Source: an uncultured delta proteobacterium (GTDB lineage: Bacteria > Myxococcota_A > Polyangia > Polyangiales > B10-G4). From it: a stretch of DNA of 64,000 nt. A program made the translations under genes and the position numbers. Under the pieces are notes generated by a model. It made no database searches, was not told the origin of the DNA, and saw only the letters and a list, made by a program, of their open reading frames with translations. The stretch lies in the NCBI GenBank assembly GCA_963727445.1, contig CAVSGI010000006.1, forward strand, positions 128,001-192,000, written 5' to 3'. Below are positions 31,394 to 42,605 of the stretch, piece after piece (positions within the stretch are counted from its first letter, which is position 1; every line of letters begins with the position of its first letter).

Positions 31394-32347
31394 TCAGGCC
31401 TTGGCCTTCGACTTGCTCTTCTTCCCCTTCTTGGCCTTCTTGGCGCCCTTCTTCTGCTTGTCTTCCGCGGCCTCTTCCTCGTCTTCGGGGGGCCAGCGGG
31501 CTTCCTTGGGGATCGTCGGCTCGGGGTGTGTGTAGATGTACCACATGATGACCGAGCCGACGCCGACGAGCGCGAGCGAGCCCCACTGGCCGGGGGTGAG
31601 CCCGGCGTAGGTGGCGTCGTCGACGCGGAGGTAGTCGAGGGGGAAGCGCACCGGCGCGTAGATGAGCGGCAGAAGGCCCATGTAGAAGCCGGTGCGCCGC
31701 TTGGGGTTCTGCTTGTGCAGGAAGAGGAAGAGCGCGACGGCGCCAGCGGCCCAGAAGACTTCGTAGAGCCCGAGGTCGTGGCGCGTGGGCCAGACCTGCA
31801 CGCCGTCGATGATCTGGGGCGTGCCAAAGGTCTTGTAGTTCTCGACGCCGAGGAAGAAGTCGGTCTCCTTGCCCGGGTGATCGTGGGTGATGAAGCAGCC
31901 GATGCGGCCGAAGAACCAACCGAAGGGGAAGGCGAAGGTCGCTGCTTCGCCGATGGCGATCATCGAGTAGCCGCGTTTCCACTTCCACAGGAGCAGTCCG
32001 ATGATCGCGCCGAGGAAGCCGCCATAGGAGGAGAGGCCCAGGTACTCCTTCCACAGGAGCGTCGGGTCGTGCAGCACGCGCACGAACTGCTCGGGGCGGT
32101 ACCAGGCGGCGTTCAGGAAGTAGCAGCTGATGAACGCGGTGATGACGACGTAGCCGACCATCTCGCTCACCACCGCGGGGTGGATGCCGCGGTCCTTGCC
32201 GAAGCGCTCCGCGACCTTGGCGCCGAGGAGCACACCGATGGCCACCACCACGCCGAAGGGCTGGATGGGCAGGACGGCGTCGGTTCCCGGGATGGGGATT
32301 TCCCAGGGCTCGGCCTTGAACCAAGGGATGAAGAGAAGGGCTTGCAC
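31394..32347 (-). CDS. lgt: Prolipoprotein diacylglyceryl transferase
   Basis: GLSSYGGFLG, GRIGCFITHDHPG, RHDLGLYE, YAPVRFPLDYLR, LTPGQW. Start (GTG 32347) is approximate. Confidence 0.88.
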   Translation of the reverse strand: MQALLFIPWFKAEPWEIPIPGTDAVLPIQPFGVVVAIGVLLGAKVAERFGKDRGIHPAVVSEMVGYVVITAFISCYFLNAAWYRPEQFVRVLHDPTLLWKEYLGLSSYGGFLGAIIGLLLWKWKRGYSMIAIGEAATFAFPFGWFFGRIGCFITHDHPGKETDFFLGVENYKTFGTPQIIDGVQVWPTRHDLGLYEVFWAAGAVALFLFLHKQNPKRRTGFYMGLLPLIYAPVRFPLDYLRVDDATYAGLTPGQWGSLALVGVGSVIMWYIYTHPEPTIPKEARWPPEDEEEAAEDKQKKGAKKAKKGKKSKSKAKA

Positions 32348-32375
32348 GGGCGGTCCTATAGCACTCCGAGGTGGC

Positions 32376-33416
32376 TCATCCCAAACCCGCAGCGCGGGCG
32401 ATTCGTTCCCGCGCCAGCTTTCGGGCCACCTCACTCGCGGGAACGTCGCTCTCCGCCGATCGCGACAGCACCTCGCGCGCGGTCTCGCCGAGGCGGTCGA
32501 TGAGCAGGGTGCGGTCGTCGAGGAGCATCACGGTGCGGCCGATGCCGTCGACCACCGCGCCCGCCGACGCGATCACGTCCGGCACCAGGAGCACGCCCCG
32601 CTGGTGCAGGGCCAGACCGGCCGCGTCGCTGGCGAGGACGTTGTTCGCTCCCGGTACCACGCCCCAGGCGCGCACCTCGGAGACGACCTCCTCGGTGAGG
32701 ACGCCGCCCACGGCGCACGGGCACAGGATGTCGACGTCTTGTTCGAGGATCGTCTCAGGGTCGGCGGTCTTCGCGTTGACCAGTGGGGCGAGGGCCGCCG
32801 CCGCTTCGGCGTCGATGTCGGCGATCGTCAGCTCCGCGCCCACGTCGGCGAGGGCCCGACAGACCGCGGCGCCGATCGAGCCCACGCCCTGCACCGCGAC
32901 GCGGAGGTTTTCTACGTCGACGCCCCTGGTCTCCGCGCAGGCTTCGACGCAGCGGAGCAGCCCGCGCGCGACCGCCGCCGAGAGGTCGACCTCCTCCGTG
33001 TGGACGTACTGTGTACGCTTCGCCATCGCTTCGAGGTCGGCCGCGGTGGTGCCGAGATCGCCGGCGGTACGGAAGAGGCCGTCGAGCTCTTCGATGCGGG
33101 CGCCGAGCACCTCGAAGGCGCGCGCGCGATCGAGGCCCTCGTGCGCGAGGACCACCGCCTTGCCGCCGCCCGCATCGAGTCCGCCGAGCGCACACTTGAG
33201 CGTCATCGCGCGGGCGAGGTCCGAGGCGTCCCGGAGCGCCGCCTCGACGTCCGGGTAGGCCATCGTACGCACGCCTCCGGCGGCCGGTCCCAGAGTGAGG
33301 TCGTCGATGGCGATGATCGCGCGAAGGCCCGAGGGCGCGTCGCTCACGAAAATCGCCCGCGCGAGGCGGGTCTCCTCGAGGGTGGCGAAGGGCTCCGGTG
33401 TGTGGGCGGGGTCCAC
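32376..33416 (-). CDS. Leu/Phe/Val (ELFV family) amino acid dehydrogenase
   Basis: LGPAAGGVR, LARAMTLK, GGGKAV, AVQGVGSIG, PCAVGG, GANN, PDVIASAGAV. Confidence 0.9.
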   Translation of the reverse strand: MDPAHTPEPFATLEETRLARAIFVSDAPSGLRAIIAIDDLTLGPAAGGVRTMAYPDVEAALRDASDLARAMTLKCALGGLDAGGGKAVVLAHEGLDRARAFEVLGARIEELDGLFRTAGDLGTTAADLEAMAKRTQYVHTEEVDLSAAVARGLLRCVEACAETRGVDVENLRVAVQGVGSIGAAVCRALADVGAELTIADIDAEAAAALAPLVNAKTADPETILEQDVDILCPCAVGGVLTEEVVSEVRAWGVVPGANNVLASDAAGLALHQRGVLLVPDVIASAGAVVDGIGRTVMLLDDRTLLIDRLGETAREVLSRSAESDVPASEVARKLARERIARAAGLG

Positions 33417-33468
33417 CGTCTGCCCCCCTTGCGATCCTGACGGCCGGCCGTCAAGCTCCCGCGCCTGA

Positions 33469-34767
<1,299 letters not shown>

Positions 34768-34861
34768 CGGCTCGCCCGCGCCACGCGACGTCTCGCGGGG
34801 CTCTCCTTTACCGGGGAGCCCGCGTGCCGCAAAGCAGCTTCAGCTAGGAGAAGAGACGGAG

Positions 34862-35992
<1,131 letters not shown>

Positions 35993-36706
35993 TCAGATCG
36001 CTTTGCTGCGGCGCGAGCGGATCAAATCGAGGAGCGGATCGATCCCGTCGGCGCGGGTGATGCTCACCACGTGGGTGCCGATGGGCTCGATGGCCGCGAC
36101 CACGCCGCGACCGTAGGGCAGGTCGGCGCCCCAGACGACCTTGGCGGTCGTCTCGGGCAGACCCGCGAGCTCGTCCGCGAGGTCGACGGGCTCGATGGGC
36201 GGGAAGTTGGTCGCATCCACCAGGACGATGGCCGAGTTCCGGAAGCGCTTGATGTCGTGAACGGTGCTCGCGCTCGCGGGAGCGATGCGCGCGGGACCGA
36301 GCGCCGAGGCCAGTCGCCGCTCGAAGGCGTCGCTACCGGCGATCACCAGGACCGGGACCGGGGTGCTGGTGGTGGGGACGGCGCGCGTCGCGTCTGCCTC
36401 GCGTCCACGGGGCGGCGGGGTACTGGTGGCCTGCTGGATGGAGATCTCCGGGGTGCCGTCGTCGTCGTCGTCGAGCGCTTCGTGCACCATCTTCATGAGC
36501 TTGCCGACCATGTCGGCATCGAGGCGCTTCTCGAGCGCGGGCTTGAGCGATCGATCGGCGAGCTGACGGAGCGCTTCCGGGGTGGAGGGGACGTCCGAGC
36601 CGTGGCTGCTGAGGGCTTCGAAGAGAACCGCCGACACATTCGCCGGGCTCATGTTCTTCTCGAGCACCTCGCGGAGAATCCAGACGTCGCCTCTGCCCTT
36701 GGCCAT
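35993..36706 (-). CDS. Hypothetical protein; C-terminal region resembles a degenerate receiver-like alpha/beta domain
   Basis: Clean 237-aa ORF with an RBS-like sequence upstream; VLVIAGSD...IVLVD...VVWG pattern. Confidence 0.55.
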   Translation of the reverse strand: MAKGRGDVWILREVLEKNMSPANVSAVLFEALSSHGSDVPSTPEALRQLADRSLKPALEKRLDADMVGKLMKMVHEALDDDDDGTPEISIQQATSTPPPRGREADATRAVPTTSTPVPVLVIAGSDAFERRLASALGPARIAPASASTVHDIKRFRNSAIVLVDATNFPPIEPVDLADELAGLPETTAKVVWGADLPYGRGVVAAIEPIGTHVVSITRADGIDPLLDLIRSRRSKAI

Positions 36707-36753
36707 GGAGGGCCTTCGTTACACGCCACGCGACCTCGGGGCAAGAGCCCTTC

Positions 36754-38079
36754 TCACTCGGCCATGATTCGCTGAACGAAGGACGTGTCGTAGCTGCCGG
36801 CGCGGAACGCTTCGTGGTTCAGCACGCGACGCAGGAAGGCGAGGTTGTTCGCCGGCCCTTCGATGACGGTCTCCGCCAGCGCGCGGTCGAGCCACAAGAG
36901 CGCGTCGTGGCGGCCGGGCGCGAAGGTGGCGAGGCGCGCGAGCAGAGGCTCGACGCCCAGAGGGACCGATGCCCCGACCTCGACGGCGGGCTCGATGCGC
37001 ACCTTCCGCGCCGGCGCGGGCGGGAATCGCATCTCGGTGACGCTGCCTTCCGTCCGGCGGAAGCCATCCTCCGGATCCTCGGCGCAGATCCGCACCTCGA
37101 AGGCGTGTCCGCGCGAAGCCAGCCGCTCGTCCTCGGTGATCGGCGCGCCGGCAGCGGCGGTGAGCGAGAGCTCGATGGGGTCGTAGCCGGTGACCATCTC
37201 GGTGACCAACACCGCCCCCTGCATGTCGGCGTTCGCCTCGAGGAAGTGGATGTGACCGTCGACGTCCACCAGGAACTCGACCGTGAAGACACCGGTCAGC
37301 GAGAGCTGTTCCGCGAGGCGGAGCGCCTGATCGATCAGCATCTCGCGCACCGCTTCACCCTCGGGATGGGCGCCGAGCCAGGGCGAAGGCGTCTCGGCGA
37401 TCAGCACCTGATGCCGCCGCTGAATGCTGCACTCGCGCTCGCTCAGCGCGGCGCGATTGTCGTGCGCGTCGGCGACGATGGTGACCTCGATCTGACGCGG
37501 CCTGTCGAGGGCGCGCTCCACGTAGAGGCGGGGATCACCAAAGGCGGTTCGTGCAGCGTCCGCTGCGGCGCCGAAGGCCGCGCCGAAGTCCTCTTCGTCG
37601 TCGACGCGATAGACGCCGATGCCGGCGGTCCCGGCCACGGGCTTCACGAAGACCGGGTAGCCGATGTCGGCGGCGGCTTCTGCGAGCGTCGAGCGATCCT
37701 CGCTCGCGCTGCTCTTCTCGATGGGCCGCAGGCCCCCGGCCTCGGCGCGATCCGAGAGCGCGACCTTGTCGGCCATGATCGCCAGCGCTTCGCTGGAGGG
37801 GCCGACGAAGGAGAGGTTCGCTGCGCGGGTGAGCATGGCGAGCTCGGCTCGCGAGCGCGGGCCGACGTAGCCGGGATGAATGGCGCTCGCGCCGAGCTCC
37901 TGCGCCGCCGCGACGATGGCCTCGGCGTCCGGAACGAGAGGGTGGGGTGGCGTCGGAAGCGAGGCGCTGAGCACGTCGATGGACAGACGCCGGCACGTCC
38001 GAGCCACCCGCGAGGCCACCTCGCCGAGACCGCTGATCAAGATGCTGTCGAAAGCGCCGTCCATGGGGCCGCGAAACAT
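36754..38079 (-). CDS. Biotin carboxylase-like ATP-grasp protein with degenerate catalytic motifs and no BCCP domain
   Basis: AIHPGY, IGYPVFVKP, ERECSIQRRHQ, FEVRICAEDP, EAFRAGSYDTSF. Start may be 38064. Confidence 0.82.
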   Translation of the reverse strand: MFRGPMDGAFDSILISGLGEVASRVARTCRRLSIDVLSASLPTPPHPLVPDAEAIVAAAQELGASAIHPGYVGPRSRAELAMLTRAANLSFVGPSSEALAIMADKVALSDRAEAGGLRPIEKSSASEDRSTLAEAAADIGYPVFVKPVAGTAGIGVYRVDDEEDFGAAFGAAADAARTAFGDPRLYVERALDRPRQIEVTIVADAHDNRAALSERECSIQRRHQVLIAETPSPWLGAHPEGEAVREMLIDQALRLAEQLSLTGVFTVEFLVDVDGHIHFLEANADMQGAVLVTEMVTGYDPIELSLTAAAGAPITEDERLASRGHAFEVRICAEDPEDGFRRTEGSVTEMRFPPAPARKVRIEPAVEVGASVPLGVEPLLARLATFAPGRHDALLWLDRALAETVIEGPANNLAFLRRVLNHEAFRAGSYDTSFVQRIMAE

Positions 38080-38155
38080 AGCATCTGGGCGCGGAGCGGT
38101 CGTTCGCTATCGCTCGGGCTTGCGGCGCAGCGCTCGTGCGTGCTTGTCTCGCCCC

Positions 38156-38605
38156 GTGGCGGTGCTGGTGCGAACCCTCGGCCTGAAGAGTCGACCGGTA
38201 TCACCGGCCGAGGTGCGCGCGCGTGCGGAGCGGATGCTTCGGGCGCTGTCGATGCCGAAGGCCGAGCTCAGCATCCTGCTCTGCGACGACCGCACCATTC
38301 GGGCGCTGAACCGGGACTACCGCGACATCGACCGGCCCACCGACGTGCTCGCCTTTCCCCAATCCGAGGGAGAGGATGCTGACGCCCCCGCCATCCTGGG
38401 CGATGTGGTCATCTCCCTGCCCACCGCGCGCCGCCAGGCGATCAAAGCGAAGCGGACCATCGTGGCGGAGGTCACCATGCTCCTGGCCCATGGGCTATTG
38501 CACCTCCTCGGCTACGATCATCGAAACCGTAGCGAAGAACGCATCATGAAGGCCCGCACCGACGCGCTCTGCGCCGCCGCCAAGAGCCCCCGGAAGCGGG
38601 GGTGA
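38156..38605 (+). CDS. ybeY: rRNA maturation RNase YbeY
   Basis: LNRDYRDIDRPTDVLAF, LGDVVIS, HGLLHLLGYDH. Start (GTG 38156) is approximate. Confidence 0.95.
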   Translation: MAVLVRTLGLKSRPVSPAEVRARAERMLRALSMPKAELSILLCDDRTIRALNRDYRDIDRPTDVLAFPQSEGEDADAPAILGDVVISLPTARRQAIKAKRTIVAEVTMLLAHGLLHLLGYDHRNRSEERIMKARTDALCAAAKSPRKRG

Positions 38606-38609
38606 GCGC

Positions 38610-38618
38610 TGTGGATAA
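38610..38618 (-). promoter_or_regulatory. Perfect DnaA box TTATCCACA
   Basis: tgtggataa at 38610-38618. Confidence 0.55.
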
Positions 38619-38757
38619 GGTGCTCGCTACCGGATCGGCCCCTCCCTGGCTGTTCGGCTAGCCGAACACTGGCTTCTGGGGTTTCGAGCACGATTCCGCG
38701 CTGTTCGCAGATTGCACGATGGCGCGTCCGGCTTCTGCCCGGCCAGGACGGTGGCCT

Positions 38758-38766
38758 TGTGGATAA
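38758..38766 (-). promoter_or_regulatory. Perfect DnaA box TTATCCACA
   Basis: tgtggataa at 38758-38766, followed by cctgtgg. Confidence 0.55.
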
Positions 38767-39062
38767 CCTGTGGTGTTTCTGGGCCGTATCAGACTCCGGG
38801 ATTTGGCCTGATCCCCCCATTTTCATGGGCTCTTTCTCTGTGACACCCTTGTGAGATTACGTGAAACATGGGGGTCGCGCAGAGGGGTGCACTCCCCGAA
38901 TCACCCGCGATGCACTTTTTTCCGGGTTTTTTGGGCTTCTTTTTCCAAAAACCCCTTGTCAGAGCAGATCCGCCGGTGCATAGATGGCCGCCAACTCAGG
39001 GGGCCAGAAAGCTTCGCGCCCCACGAACACCGCCGAAAGGCGGAAAGGCAAGGAGGGTGCCC

Positions 39063-39374
39063 ATGGCAGGAAAGCGAATGACCAAGGCCCAGATCGTCGG
39101 CGAGCTGGCGGACCGGAGCGGTCTCAGCAAGAAGGACATCAACGCGGTGCTCGAGGCCCTGCGCGACATCATCAAGCGCGAGCTCGGCAAGCGCGGCCCC
39201 GGCGAGTTCGTCGTGCCGGAGATCGCGCTCAAGCTGAAGGTGCGTCAGGTGAAGGCGCAGAAGGGCAAGAAGTTCCGCAACCCGGCCACCGGTGAGGTGA
39301 TCATCCGCGACGTGCCGGCCAGCAAGAAGCTTCGGGCGACCCCGCTCAAGAAGCTCAAGGAATTGGTCCTGTAA
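39063..39374 (+). CDS. HU/IHF family histone-like DNA-binding protein
   Basis: MTKAQIVGELADRSGLSKKD...RNPATGE...PASKKLRATPLKKLKE; RBS aggagg upstream. Confidence 0.92.
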   Translation: MAGKRMTKAQIVGELADRSGLSKKDINAVLEALRDIIKRELGKRGPGEFVVPEIALKLKVRQVKAQKGKKFRNPATGEVIIRDVPASKKLRATPLKKLKELVL

Positions 39375-39398
39375 GCGATCCGGTTCGACGCTGCAGAG

Positions 39399-39426
39399 AG
39401 GGCGGCCCGAAAGGCCGCCCTTTTTG
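39399..39426 (+). terminator. Intrinsic terminator after HU gene
   Basis: agggcggcc-cgaaa-ggccgccct followed by a T-run. Confidence 0.85.
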
Positions 39427-39430
39427 CGTT

Positions 39431-40765
39431 TCAGGGGGCCTGCTGCGGGATGGGCGGCGGCGGGGGGGATTGCGCCGCCTCTCGCTCTCGTCTGCGCCGC
39501 TCCCGGGCTTCGAGCTCGCCCCGCAGGTAGTCCAGCACCGTCCGGATCTGTCGAGGGCCGAGGGCGGTTTCGGCGTGGACGTCCATCTCCTCCGCCTCGA
39601 TGGCGAGGTCGGTCAGGGGTCGATGAAAGCCGAGCATGCGGACGATGGCGTTTCGCGAGGCCTGCTCCGCCATCGCCCGCCAGTAGCGCACGGCTTCGCT
39701 CGCGGCCGCCTCGCTCTCGAACTCGCCCCAGGCGCGCACGTGCACCGTTCCCTCCGCGCCTTCCTCGACGGAGAGGCGGATCTTCAGCGGCACCCCGCGC
39801 GTCATCCCCCGCACGAAGCGGCGAGCCCCTTCGACCTCGACCGACAGGGCCTCTCCCTCCTCCATCGAGAGCAGCGCATCGGCGCCCGTGGGCTCGGCCT
39901 CTTGGCCCTCTTCTTCGGCCTCCTGGGCCTGCTCCTCGGCGCGGACGCGGGCCACCGCCAGGATGCGCGGAAGGTCCTCGGGCCGGGTGATCGTGAAGTG
40001 CGTGGGGCCGACTTTGGCGAGGACCCGCTCGGTCTCGTCCGCGTTCGCCCAGGGGGCGACCGCGACACCGCCCTCTGTCGACCAGGGCGCTTGCACGCTT
40101 CGCGCGGCCGCCATGCGCGCCACGACCGCATCCACGTCGACCTTCGACGGCTCGTAGCGACCGGCGAGGATCATGCGCGAGCGCTGCAGATTCGGCGACG
40201 CGATGAGCACGCGATCGAGGTCGTCGAGGGGATTGATCTCCGAGCCATCGAGGACGGCGCGCCAATCGGGGATGGCCATGAGAAGACGCCGCACCTCCGG
40301 GGCCAGGGGCGAGACACGGATGCGGGCCATGTCGAGGCGGAGCGCGATTTGCGCGCCTGCGGGCAAGCGCGTCTCGCCTTCCTCCTCGTCGCCCCCGGCG
40401 CCTTCCTCTTCGCTCCGTGCGGGGCCCGTATCCGCCTGCGCCACCGCCGCGGCGTCGTGGGCCACGCCGGCGTCGGCGACCGAGGTGTCCGCGTGCGCCA
40501 CGCTCGCGTCGACGGCGACATCTCCTTCGGCCTGGGGCTCATCCGCTTCGGCGGCCTGTGGGGCCACCGTCGGTGGCGCTGTGCTCGGCGCGCCGGCTGC
40601 GACCACCGCCTCGTCCGTGAGGCCGAACTCGATCTCGTTGGGCAGCTCGATCTCGAAGCCGAGATCCGGCGTCGTGAGATAGAGGGCGCCGTATGCGAAC
40701 ACCGCGAGATGAAGCGCGATGGAGCCACAGATCCCGAAGACGGACGCGGCGGTGTTTCGGCTCAT
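39431..40765 (-). CDS. Hypothetical membrane-anchored protein
   Basis: N-terminal TM with SIALHL (TonB/TolA-like anchor), Ala/Asp-rich linker and globular C-terminal domain. Confidence 0.6.
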   Translation of the reverse strand: MSRNTAASVFGICGSIALHLAVFAYGALYLTTPDLGFEIELPNEIEFGLTDEAVVAAGAPSTAPPTVAPQAAEADEPQAEGDVAVDASVAHADTSVADAGVAHDAAAVAQADTGPARSEEEGAGGDEEEGETRLPAGAQIALRLDMARIRVSPLAPEVRRLLMAIPDWRAVLDGSEINPLDDLDRVLIASPNLQRSRMILAGRYEPSKVDVDAVVARMAAARSVQAPWSTEGGVAVAPWANADETERVLAKVGPTHFTITRPEDLPRILAVARVRAEEQAQEAEEEGQEAEPTGADALLSMEEGEALSVEVEGARRFVRGMTRGVPLKIRLSVEEGAEGTVHVRAWGEFESEAAASEAVRYWRAMAEQASRNAIVRMLGFHRPLTDLAIEAEEMDVHAETALGPRQIRTVLDYLRGELEARERRRREREAAQSPPPPPIPQQAP

Positions 40766-40873
40766 CTCAGGCGCTGCTCCACGCCGGGTTGACGCACGGG
40801 CCCTCGCATGAAATCACGCCGCGCGACTGGAAGCTCGCAGTTGGCCCGAAATTGGGCCTGATTTCGTCGTCCA

Positions 40874-42595
40874 ATGGGCACGCGCGTCAAAACCCTACTC
40901 CGGATCCAGGCACTCGTCGCCTCCACCGCGGTGATGGTGGTGGTGGCCTGCGAGGACGCCGAGCCCGAGAGCGCGGCGGAGCCAGAGCCACAGACGCAGG
41001 CTGCGCCGGAGCCGGAGCCGGAGCCCGAACCGGACCTGGGGCCGCCCCGGCGGGTCTTCGCCAAGCGCTTCGTCGCCAACGTGCGGAGCACGCCGGACCC
41101 CGAAGGCCGCCGCATGGGATACCTCCGCGCGGGCGCGACGCTCATGACCAAGACCTCACGGCCCGTGGCCGTGGACGAAGAGTGCGACGAGGGGTGGTTC
41201 GAGCTCGGCACCGGGGGCTTCGTCTGCAATGGCAAGGACGTCATCGTCTTCGACGGGGAGCGCCTCCCCGAGGTGCGGGCGACCCAGCCCGATCCCGAGG
41301 CGGATCTCCCTTATCAGTACGCGTATGCGCGCAGGGACAACGTCGCGGTCTACCGCGGTCTTCCCAACGACGAGGAGGCGGCGGAGTTCGAGGGGTACGT
41401 GATCCCCGGCTCCCAGCCGCCACCGCCACGAGACGGCGGCGAGACGCCCGAGGTGCAGAGCGAGGACACGGCCGAAGCGACGCCGGCCGGCATCGGCGGC
41501 GTCGAAGACGAGGCGAGCGAGGCGTTGGCTTCCGCCGAAGGCGAGGGCGAAGCCGCCGAAGGAGAAGAGGAAGAGGAGATTGACGCGGGGCCGCCGACGC
41601 TGCGCGACCTGCGCGGCAACCGCCACTCGATCCTGATGCGCCGGATGATGAAGGGCTTCTACGTGAGCCTCGACCGCGACTTCCGCGCCGGCCGCCGCCG
41701 TTACTGGAGAACGCAGCAGCACGAGTTCATCCCGTACCACATGCTGAATCTGAAGTCGGGCACGGAGTTCCAGGGGCTGGAGCTCGGGCCGCTGGTTTCC
41801 GGGACGGAGACGGAGACGGAAACGGAGACCGGGACGGAGACGGAGACGAGACGGATTCCGAAACGGCCGCGGCGACGGACACGCCCCCGCCCGCCATCAG
41901 CCTCCCCGTCGGCTGGGTCCTGTCCCGCGACACCAACAGCTACCGCGTCACCGACGACGGTCGCGTGCGCCGCAACGCACGCCGGCCCGGCTACCACCAC
42001 TCCTTCCACATCGTCGGCGAGGTCGAGCAACGGGGCGATCGCTACTTCGTGGGCGACGACGGCAATGCGTATCGGGAGCGGGACGTCACGGTGGCGGAGC
42101 GCATCGACAGGCCCGAGGACGTCGGCGAGGACGAGAAGTGGATTGACGTGAACCTCACGAACCAGACCCTCGTCGCGTACCAGGGCGACACGCCGGTCTA
42201 CACCACCCTCGTCTCCACCGGCATCATCATCCGCGAGGGCGTGCCGGGACAGGATCACCGCACCTCGCCCGGTCGCTACCGCATCCGCGCCAAGCATCTG
42301 GCGACGACGATGGACGGCTACAACGCCTTCGACGGCGCCTATTCGATTCGAAGACGTCCCCTACGTCATGTACTACGAGGCCGGCTACGCCCTGCACTCC
42401 GCCTTCTGGCACGACCTCTTCGGGCGCACGAAGAGCCACGGCTGCGTGAACCTGAGCCCCCGGGACGCGCGGTGGATGTTCGGGTGGACCGAGCCCGCGC
42501 TCCCCGACGGATGGCACGGCGTCTATCCCGAGGATCCGGAAGCGGGCACGCTCATCGTGATCCGGGGCGAGACACCGCAGCGCCGTCGCCGGTGA
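40874..42595 (+). CDS. L,D-transpeptidase (YkuD family) lipoprotein; frameshifts near 41850 and 42350
   Basis: Lipobox VVVAC; EKWIDVNLTNQTLVAYQG...VSTG; ALHSAFWHDLFG..KSHGCVNLS catalytic motif, split across ORFs 40874-42151, 41965-42627 and 42368-42595. Confidence 0.85.
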
Positions 42596-42605
42596 CGCGC
42601 GGCGA

